Source: Schmidtea polychroa (lineage: Eukaryota). Taken from it: a stretch of DNA of 64,000 nt. Both the position numbers and the translations under genes were made by a program. This document shows, piece after piece, positions 32,501 through 41,922 of the stretch (within the stretch, counting starts at the first letter, position 1; every line of letters begins with the position of its first letter). Under the pieces are notes generated by a model. It made no database searches and was not told where the DNA came from. It saw nothing but the letters and a program-made list of their open reading frames with translations. The stretch lies in NCBI GenBank assembly GCA_044892525.1, contig CM097886.1:31186001-31250000 (forward strand), given 5' to 3'.

Positions 32501-34854
32501 TCTTGAATTTGTTTGATCAGCTTATCCAGGTTTCGTCTCAGAGTACATTGTTTTATTTGTTCTAATTTCAATTTGATATTAAAATCATATTCTGCCTTGG
32601 CATCTTTAGCCCAGTCGTAAAGGTTGGCTGGTTGTTTTTCTTTATGCAACTTCAGTATTTGCGTTTCTCCTGGCCATATTAGTGCATCTACTAAGTGCAT
32701 ATCTGGTTTGATCTGTTCTCCTTGGTATTGATACAGATATTCTTTCTTTCTCGAACTTCCCAAATGCTCTCGTATCCAATCGAAAAGTTCGTCGGTGACT
32801 GTATTTTTTATCCACATTCTTTCAAGTCCTCTACTCGTTCCGATTTTTATTACATACCGCGTGGTATCGGCCTGCTTCATTTTTTCCATATAATTTTTTA
32901 TAATTGATTTTTCCTCGTTTGGTATTAAATCTTTCTCGTTTCTTTCCAATTTCATCACTTTTTGCACGAATCGCCTGAATGGTATTACGTCAATGAACTC
33001 TTGGTTCCTCACTACTACTGGGAGTATTTCCGCTACTTGTTTTATCGCTTCCTCCTTCCCTTTTCTCAACTTTATTTCGATATCCTCGTCTTCACTTTCG
33101 CTGGTTATCTCGCTTTCGCCTTCTTCCTCTTTGATTTCCCCTTTTGGAGGTTCGCTTATTTCATTCAGCTGTAGTATTTCTCCACCCAAACTACTTACAT
33201 AGTCTTCTTCCTCGTCTGACGATGCTACATCTTTTGTCCTTTTCATCATATTGATTTGCAAGTTTCTCATCCTTGGTACTCTCTTTAGTTTCTTTCTTTC
33301 GAATATCGTTGTTTCTTCTGATTCTAATTCCTGTAGCATTTGGTGGTTTAGTTGACTGGTTTGTTCCTTGCTCTTGTTATTTTCATCTTCTGTCTCGGCT
33401 TTCGCTTTATTATGTTCTTTTTCGATTTTATCTTTTATCTTTTTCCAGAATATTTTCTGAATTCTCTGGTTTCCTTTTAAAATCGTGGTTGAATTCTCTG
33501 TTTTCATTTCCGTTGTTATTTCTTTTACCTTTTCTGGTTCAGTCATGGGTACTACCCTTGGGCTTTTCCCGTAATTGTAGCAATACTGGCTCTTCATGTC
33601 TTTTACTAACCTCATCATATTTATTCGCAATGGTTGTTCTTGTCGTTGTTGGTTGCGTTCTTGTTTTATCTTCTCTTCCTCGGCCTGTAGCCTTTGCCAT
33701 TCTTGTACATGTTGATGCACTTCATAATTGTTGAGATTTTCGGTACTCCTCATCATACGTATATTCTGGGTTTGTTGTGGTGCTGATTCTTGTCTTGGTC
33801 TCATCATTTGCTGCATCATCTGTTTCATCTGCGAAATTTCCTGCATAACGTTCATTTGTTTTCCTTCGTTAGGGTTACTTTGTCGTTGCGGATTCGCTAT
33901 ATAATTATTATTTCGCTGTGGTGGTCGTTGTTGTTGGCCCCTTTCTCGGCAATCTCTGGAGATGTGACCTGGCTGACCACAGTTAAAACAGCCTCGCAAT
34001 TGGCATACATTTTCGGTATGTCCACGCCGTCCGCAACGATTACAATTTGAATTTCTATAACAATCTCTGTCCCAGTGTCCTGGTTTACCGCATGTTCGGC
34101 ACTGCTTGTTATCGTTCATATTTCGCCGATTATTGAAATTGTTCTCGTTATTCGGGTTGTTACGATTACCATTATTCCCGTTTGATCGTCCTTGTGGTGG
34201 TTTGAAAATTTGGTGCGCTCCTGGTATAAATTGATTCATTTTCGGTTCTTGATTGTTGTTATCTCCGTTATCCGCTTTCGCTATTGCTGTCGCTATCCTT
34301 CCCTCCTCTTGCATAATATTCATTTGAGCTGGAAGGTGGAGCTCGCATCTTGTAGCCCAGTCTATGGCTTCCTCTAATGTTTTGCACATTTGACAACCTA
34401 CTGAGGCTCTTACTTCTTCTCGGCGTAATCCCTCTATGAAATAACCGATCAGATTTTCTTCGGGTAATTTTCCATTCATTGCTTTCTTCGCTAATCTCCG
34501 CAATTCACTGGCATATAATGTTATCGATTCGTTTGCTCTTTGTTTCCTATTTGCTAGTTCGCCCAACGCCTGGTTGATTGGCTTACCGGCTCCGAAGGTT
34601 TTCTTCAGGAATGTTTTAATATCTTCCCACTTTTCTAATTTCGTGTCTCTCTCTTTAGCTTCTAAATATACCTCTAATGCACTATCGCACAAAAACAACG
34701 GCATCCTTTTACTAATTGCTTCGGGTGTCCATCCACACACAGTGATATAAACTTCAAAATTAGTTATGAACGATGCTAGCTTGTTTGCGTTTCCGTTGAA
34801 CGGTTCTCCTCTGAACTTCTCTTTATACTCGTCGGTTTTTACGACATTCGTCAT
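26476..34854 (-). CDS. Polyprotein part 1: Gag (CA, three CCHC knuckles), accessory modules, Bcl-2-like domain, envelope glycoprotein, aspartic protease, dUTPase-like linker, RT N-half
   Basis: [79 protein letters not shown]; Cys-rich ectodomain between a signal peptide and a TM. Confidence 0.93.
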   Translation of the reverse strand: [2792 protein letters not shown]

Positions 34855-36164
34855 GATTGGTGTTCTAGGTTCGTCTGTTTCTTTTAAATTGTCTAACGAT
34901 GTGACTAAACTTTGGGCTGATAATTCCTCGGTTGACGTTGCTAAACTATTAGTGATATCGGACAGACTTTCTCTACTTCGAGATCGACTAGGGGTATATC
35001 CGAGATTTTCTTGGTCAAATATGGGTACTTGATTGGTTCTTCTGGATCCTTGTGATATTCCTCTTTGATGTTTAATGGATCGTCCTCTTTTGAGTTGTTG
35101 TAATTCGTCTCCTGAAAATAATACGTCTCCTGGCTTACTAGAAGATCTAAGATTGGGTTTATCCGTGATTCCTTTCTTACGCTTCTTGGTAATTAGCGGC
35201 TATTGAATTGGACGCGTTCGGTTCTGATTGTGTTTCCTTCGATAAATATTCTGTATGAATCTGCTACTGAGATCCTGAGGAGATTTACTAATCCTTGGCA
35301 GATGGCTGCTAATACTTCTTCCGTTCTGGAGTCTTCCGGTTGCTGTGTCTCTCGGTGCGGGTTCTGAATGGATTTATCCTTGGTTGATTGTCGATTTCTT
35401 CGAATTCCTTTTGTGCAGGTTCTGGATTGTCTTGGTTGGCTGGATTGGCTTGATATCTAAAATGAAAAAATGATCTCGTGTTGCATTTGCTTACACGACT
35501 TCATCATTCTTTCTACAACATTCAAAAACAGACACCTTTTAGGTTTCTGTTTGTGCTTCCCCTATCTTTTGTGAAATCCTTTCTGCGGGTTATAATATCC
35601 CATCAGCCCGTATTTTCCGTCGATTTTAAATTATCTATATGGGGTAGTAACAATTATCTATAAAGTCGTAATAATTATCTATTCGTTATCAATTATAGTA
35701 AAAATAGGTCGTTGTCGGTCTCTGCTTATTACCCCCCTTTCATTTTCCTAATCCTTTTGCGCTGTTGTCGCTATTTTACTTTTCATATTCACTATTATTA
35801 CGCTCGGTTCTACTCTGGAACCAATAAAATGCATTTTCCCGGTTTAATCAAAAAAAAAATATTCCGTAGAGTTTCTCTACTTCACTGGGATCCCTTTAAT
35901 TAGTTAGTTACTTTCCTCTTTACTCATTATCATCATTTCATCTATTCTTTATTTTCTATTATCTCTTTACTTCGTTTCCTTCTTCCCTTTCCTTTTTCCT
36001 TATAATCTTATTTTCTTTTCCACGAGCTCGTTTATTTCCTCTCTAAACTCGAATTTTCAAAATTACATTCAATTTGTTCTAGCTAGCTTTAATATTCCAT
36101 ATCACTAGTAATTTAAATATTATCTCGTTGTAGCTTAACTGCTATCTCTCGCTTTTCTAGGCCT

Positions 36165-36646
36165 TTACGACTGGCTGGCACTATTCAACAGCTCAATCTT
36201 CTTCCTTCTGATCGGTTAGACTATTCAACAACTCGATCTTACGACTGGCTGGCACTATTCAACAGCTCAATCTTCTTCCTTCTGATCGGTTGGACTATTC
36301 AACAACTCGACCTTACGACTGGCTGGCACTATTCAACAGCTCAATCTTCCTCCTTCCTGATCGGTTGGACTTTTCACAACTCGACCTTACGACTGGCTGG
36401 CACTATTCAACAGCTCAATCTTCTTCCTTCTGATCGGTTGGACTATTCAACAACTCGATCTTACGACTGGCTGGCACTATTCAACAGCTCAATCTTCCTC
36501 CTTCCTGATCGGTTGGACTTTTCACAACTCGACCTTACGACTGGCTGGCACTATTCAACAGCTCAATCTTCTTCCTTCTGATCGGTTGGACTATTCAACA
36601 ACTCGATCTTACGACTGGCTGGCACTATTCAACAGCTCAATCTTCA
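36165..36646. repeat. 74-bp tandem repeat, 6.5 copies, in the leader upstream of gag
   Basis: ttacgactggctggcactattcaacagctc... starts at 36165, 36239, 36313, 36387, 36461, 36535 and 36609. Confidence 0.95.
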
Positions 36647-37223
36647 ATATTCCTCGCTCTGCATGCTTCTATTTCTCTTTTCTTCTTTTACTCTAGTTTA
36701 CCATTTTCTCTGTCTACTTTTAATTTGTCGACTTAATCTTTACCGCTTGGGAGTGTTTCCCCTTTCCCCCCTTGCTCAAAACGCACGACGATCGCGATGA
36801 TCCATTTCTACCTTGGCATGGTGATCAGTCATGTCGCAAAAACTTCTCATCATATGCGATGGTACCCCGCCCTACGCTTCTTACTTGGGTTGATCAGTTA
36901 TCCCCTCCCAACGGGTTCTTGCAATAAGACGTACCGCCCGAAGGTGGCTCGGTTTGTACCCCTGCAGTCTATATTGGGACTAATTCCACGTTATCCAACC
37001 CTCTCTTCATTTGATTCCAAAAAAAAAAAGGAATAAAACAAAACAAACACGCAAATATTCATTCGTCATGCAAATTTTATTAGTCCTAATCATCAAAACT
37101 TTTTAAAGACGAATTTATTTATCATAAACATAAAGATTGAATCATTAACAGTACGTGTTACTTCAACAATTTCATGCATTCTTGTTCAAACATCGTATAC
37201 TTGCCGTTACATCGCCGGCCGTT

Positions 37224-37709
37224 TCATTCGCCATAATAGACCATATGGGTCTCTTTTATTTCATATTTGCACATCGTGCATCTTTTTAGGTCTTTTACAC
37301 ACTCTTCACAGTGACTGAGGTGTCCACACGGCAAGAATAATACGCGAATAGGACGGAGTTTGCAGGCTATACAAGTTCGTAATTGGTTAACTTTTTCCTG
37401 TATTTTTTGTTCGATTGCATCTGGTATTGTATTTAGTGAGTCTTTTAGACGCTGATAATCTAGATTTAATGTTGGGTGGTTCAATCTCTCTTGATACCAC
37501 TGATATACGGTTTCGGGGTTTATTTTTCCATCTGGGCGACTTAGGCCTGTGGCTAATATCATATGATTAGGTACGACTGGTGTTTGTCCGATTGCTTGCA
37601 GTAATATCGCGTTGATTTTTTCTCTTTTATGCGTCAGTGTTGTTAGGGAGTCGTTTTCTATATCGATAAACTTGAGCAGTTGTTGCATTTGGTTCGCGAA
37701 TTCTGTCAT
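37224..37709 (-). CDS. C-terminal IAP/MGRN1-type C3HC4 RING protein (putative E3 ligase, no BIR seen)
   Basis: CIACKLRPIRVLFLPCGHLSHCEECVKDLKRCTMCKYEIKETHMVY at the extreme C-terminus. Confidence 0.85.
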   Translation of the reverse strand: MTEFANQMQQLLKFIDIENDSLTTLTHKREKINAILLQAIGQTPVVPNHMILATGLSRPDGKINPETVYQWYQERLNHPTLNLDYQRLKDSLNTIPDAIEQKIQEKVNQLRTCIACKLRPIRVLFLPCGHLSHCEECVKDLKRCTMCKYEIKETHMVYYGE

Positions 37710-38026
37710 AGCTGTTGGAAAAGTAATGTTTTAATAATATGTAGTAAATTAATAGTTAATTCGTTAATTGGTTTCTTTAACCATTGTTAATTATTTAATT
37801 TGACTACTTTATCTCCTTTATTTATATATATCCTTAATTTTTCTATTATCTACATTTTGATTTTCTCTACCTAGTTCCTAATATAATTTAATAATCAATA
37901 GTCACTTTGCATTCGTCAAGCAATGGTCGATTGAAAATAGAAAATCGATGTGATAAATCCCTTTAATTTTGTATGAAAATCCCGGTGAATTTCGCATTCG
38001 TTAATAGAAATTTCAATCGACTGTAG

Positions 38027-38044
38027 ATCCCGGCTGAGCCCCCA
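38027..38044 (-). promoter_or_regulatory. Primer-binding site, tRNA-Pro type
   Basis: TGGGGGCTCAGCCGGGAT versus the MLV tRNA-Pro PBS TGGGGGCTCGTCCGGGAT (16/18), 7 nt inside the 5' LTR end. Confidence 0.85.
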
Positions 38045-38051
38045 AAAATCA

Positions 38052-41000
38052 TGTTGGGGTTACACCTCGGCTGACCATTCTACCATGTTGGCGGGTCTAA
38101 GGGTTGATTGTCCATCTCGAATAAAAGGTGCCACCGATTTGTCAACCTGGAGTGAAACCCCACATAACTTTCTTCCAACATAGTGCCCGTGAATCACTTC
38201 ACGTTGGTACTGCACTATGCAGGCGAGACGCCAGCAAGCAGGTGAGCTTCTGCCTTAAAACTACTCCTTGCTGAGGCCTCGACTTCCCATTCACGACTGC
38301 CGATAGAAGGGCTTACGTCCATTTCCTTACACAACCACCTATCAGGATTCGCTGAATGCAAATTGGGAAATTCTCACTAGATCTTGCGGGTTCTCTACTC
38401 AACCCACTTAATTAAAGTCTAATTATTCATGAACGAAAACGTGTAAGACAACAAAATTTATTAATTTCAACGTTATGACACAAGGATTCAGCTGTACACT
38501 TTACTAATGTTGGTCGAAAGAAGAGAAAACATCATAATCAACATAGATCGGATCCTTGTTCCTCATCCTGACCGCCACTGGGGTTTTATTGTTTCTCCCA
38601 TTCAGTGTCGGCGAATAATTCATCGAGGTTGAAAAACTCGGAAGCGTTCTCTTCCCACCTTACGCCAGCGGCTGATATGATTCGCGCTGAGGGTCCCGTT
38701 GTTAGGTCGATGGACACGTGAGAGTTGCCACCGTTGGTTGAGTCCTCTATTGATGGGATGTTTGGCTTTGTAGTGGCGCGCTCGCGCTGTCTCTTCTTGC
38801 GCTCTGCACGAGAGAGTTGTTTGCGCTTGGGTTTGCTTGAAGAGGCCACTTGCAGAAGGGTGACTGAGACGGATGGACTAGCAGTGGGGGGCTTACTGGT
38901 ACCCGTGATGACAACATCTGGTCGCTTGGGGGACAATTCGGTTTCGACGCAGTCTCGGCACGGTCTCTTGAACGGTGGAGAGGGATTCGAGGAAAGGTTG
39001 TGATGAGGCGGAAAGATGTCATCGGCCTCTCGGATGGGAACCTGCACTATTTTTCGGGTTGTAGCCGCCTGCACGTAAACCTTATGCAGTGCCTCGGATT
39101 GTTCTCTGATTAGACTTCTTTGGGCACGGCTCTCAGATATTAGCGCGTCCCGGCAATGCTCGCTACGATCGAGCTTCTTTTGGATCTCTTTCATCCGAGC
39201 GGGACTAAACCATGTCCCTTCCAGCTCGTCTATCTTCCTCTTGTAACGTCCAATCTGAGTTTGTAGGTCCTTTATCACCGTATTTTTATCCGCGCACGAG
39301 AAGCACGGCCGTAATGCTGATTTAGTGGTTGGTAGCATGCTTGCTATAAATAATACTAATGAAATGTAGAACATACGATTTTAGAATAAATTAGATACGA
39401 CCTACGGCCATTCGTGGATGCTTGACCGACAAAAAAAAAAAGAAAACTTATTCTACAATCCGGTTTTACCACGGATCTTATTTGTTGAAACAGTTTTATT
39501 TAATCAAATGCCATCGGTTTGACGCATGCTATTAACTTTGACTCTCTATTGATCTAACTGTATACATGAGGGGCGTAACAATTAATAGGGTGTAAATATA
39601 ATATTGGTGAAATAATATAATAACGCTTTAGTGGAGGGACATTATAGTATGCGACTAAACCTTACTATAAATTAGCTATTTTAATTTATTAAAAACAAAT
39701 TACTATCGCTATTCTCAACATATTTTTGATTCGAAATTTGTTATTGGAAGTGTACTTTTAATTCGGTAGTGAATGTGATTATCCATGTTGTCTACCATTT
39801 GTCTGAAAATATGTGATGAGTTTACATCAGCCATTACTTGAACACCCTAATGGGATATCTCATTGGTCATAGCACATGTCCAAATTTACGGATACTACTG
39901 TCGACTAGTTGATTACATTATCGAACTATTGTGAATGTCACGTGTCGCGACTATCATGTATGCTAGTCTGATATTCTGTGCTCTCACCACATGGATTCGT
40001 GTATGGCTACTATCTTATCTCATTTACTTGGTGTATGCCATTTTCACAGTGATTTTATCGATCCTGCTGTCATATGATTTTCTCTGCACGGTGATTTATT
40101 TGAATTATGATTTATGCTACCGTCAGTTCTCATCGCGGAATTTTACCCTTATCAACTTGTGTGAATGATCACCATCGTTTGGAAATTTATTGGATCTTTT
40201 CAGTGATCGTCGAGGGAATAATTCTACCAAATGCTGAAGCATATTACTACTCGCGTCATTCTACTCGGATTTTCCTATTCAGATGTAATGCCGTCTCGAT
40301 GAAAACTGTCCTTAGCCATTCGAAAATTTCTCTCAGGTTCAATAATTTGGATATATACCGTGATGACCTGGCTCTTATTGTAGAAATAAATGTTATTAAT
40401 TAAATTTGGTGATATTTTACCTGTTTATAATTTTTGAAATAACTAAGTCTATAAGAACTTTCTGATTATAATATTAGAGAGGTTTTCGTAGAATCTCGCA
40501 TTTTATAGTTTCGAGTTAGTTAAAGTTTTTAGAATACTTTCGTAACCTGACATGCAATCAGGACAGGCTAGACGTCATCGGGTCTATGATAACGGAATTT
40601 CATACGAAATCAGTTCTACTGAGGCCGGCAAATAGACGTTGTCGCAATTAATTTGATGAAACCATGTTTCCAGATGAAGCGTACTATGAGATGTTGTTAT
40701 TTTTGACGAAGTTCACTAAATCGTGGTCTGGATCTCTTTTTTCAATAGGGGTAAGATTTACGAAAACGACTTGACGAAAGAAAAAGGAATGCGACGCCCT
40801 CAGTCACTGTGCAAATCCTTGAAAATCCCTTCATTCGTACGACTATCTTTGTGAAATCATTGTCTACCGGTTATTTTTTATCCATACCCCATTATGATAA
40901 TTTAGTCGCATCTTCAGCGATAGGACCCGTGAAGAAGCCTTCACATTTCGGCCCAATCTAGCTGCGTGATTGAAATACTCCATGTCCACCGGCTGAGCTC

Positions 41001-41918
41001 CCGAAGGCACCTCATACCATGACATGGAGTATCTCAACTCCACGTTACTCGTTAAATGAAAATTCATAAAATCTTTAATTCAAATAAAATACGGACATCT
41101 GGATAAAAATATTTTATTAATTCTGAAATACTTAAATAATACAAATTCCATCAATACGTTAAAGTTATTAAAATGGAGAATCAAATGAAGAGAGTTAACC
41201 AAAATGTTTAATCGTTAATATTTACCATTACTATTAGCTTTACAAATACTTAAATAAATCTATAAACAAATGAAATACCCCTTACTATTGTTTAGGCTGA
41301 GTCAAAATTCAATGTTGTTCGTTCCAAATAGTTTGAATGGTGGTCCGTTGGATGTCGATTATTGTGATGGATGGTATTTCGGTCTCTGAACTGGTTTTGA
41401 ATAGTCGTGGAGTTTTCTGAATGACGGTTGCTTGGCTAGTAGTGTCGATCCTATGAAATGCTCGGGGTTAACAGTCAAAACAGTAAACATTTTTCTTACC
41501 TATGAAATGCTCGGGGTTAACAGTAAATTTAATGTTTTTGGTAGTTGTATATATATCAAATTCTTATTTGTGCGGACCAATCAGAGTTGAGTACCGCTTA
41601 TTTCTATTAATTTAATATAATTTTCTTGTTTTTAGGTTGTTTTTTCCTTATTTTCTTTATTTTTAATATGTTTTTCTATTTATTTCCTTAATTTCCTTAT
41701 TATTTCTTGAATTCCTCTTTATTTATTTGTCAACTTGTTCTATTTTAATCTTTTCTTAATTTTATTTTTTGTTTTAATTCTTATGTCTTAATTATTATTT
41801 TCCTTATATCTTATTCTATTTTATTTCTGATTTTATTTATTTTATTTTTATTTTTCGTAATGTTCTACTTCCCTACTTTCTTATTTTTCAACGATTAAAT
41901 TTTCGACTCAGCCCAACA
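38052..41918 (-). repeat. 5' LTR of element Z
   Basis: Direct repeat of 12090-15956, followed on the minus strand by the PBS. Confidence 0.95.
38586..39374 (-). CDS. Second copy of the LTR-encoded 262-aa ORF-B protein
   Basis: Identical translation to 12624-13412. Confidence 0.7.
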   Translation of the reverse strand: MFYISLVLFIASMLPTTKSALRPCFSCADKNTVIKDLQTQIGRYKRKIDELEGTWFSPARMKEIQKKLDRSEHCRDALISESRAQRSLIREQSEALHKVYVQAATTRKIVQVPIREADDIFPPHHNLSSNPSPPFKRPCRDCVETELSPKRPDVVITGTSKPPTASPSVSVTLLQVASSSKPKRKQLSRAERKKRQRERATTKPNIPSIEDSTNGGNSHVSIDLTTGPSARIISAAGVRWEENASEFFNLDELFADTEWEKQ

Positions 41919-41922
41919 ATAT

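Larger units (their letters stand above)
12090..41918 (-). mobile_element. Full-length giant env-bearing Ty3/Gypsy LTR element Z (29,829 bp)
   Basis: Two 3867-bp LTRs at a constant offset of 25962, TGTTGGG...CCCAACA termini, ATAT TSD (12086-12089 and 41919-41922), PBS, and PR-RT-RH-IN order. Confidence 0.95.

Noticed and set aside
21060-34377. Many short plus-strand ORFs rich in F/S/L overlapping the polyprotein
   Set aside because: Antisense shadows of a purine-rich coding strand; no recognisable motifs.
36165-36646. Possible CRISPR array
   Set aside because: Head-to-tail units with no unique spacers, no cas genes, eukaryotic retroelement context.
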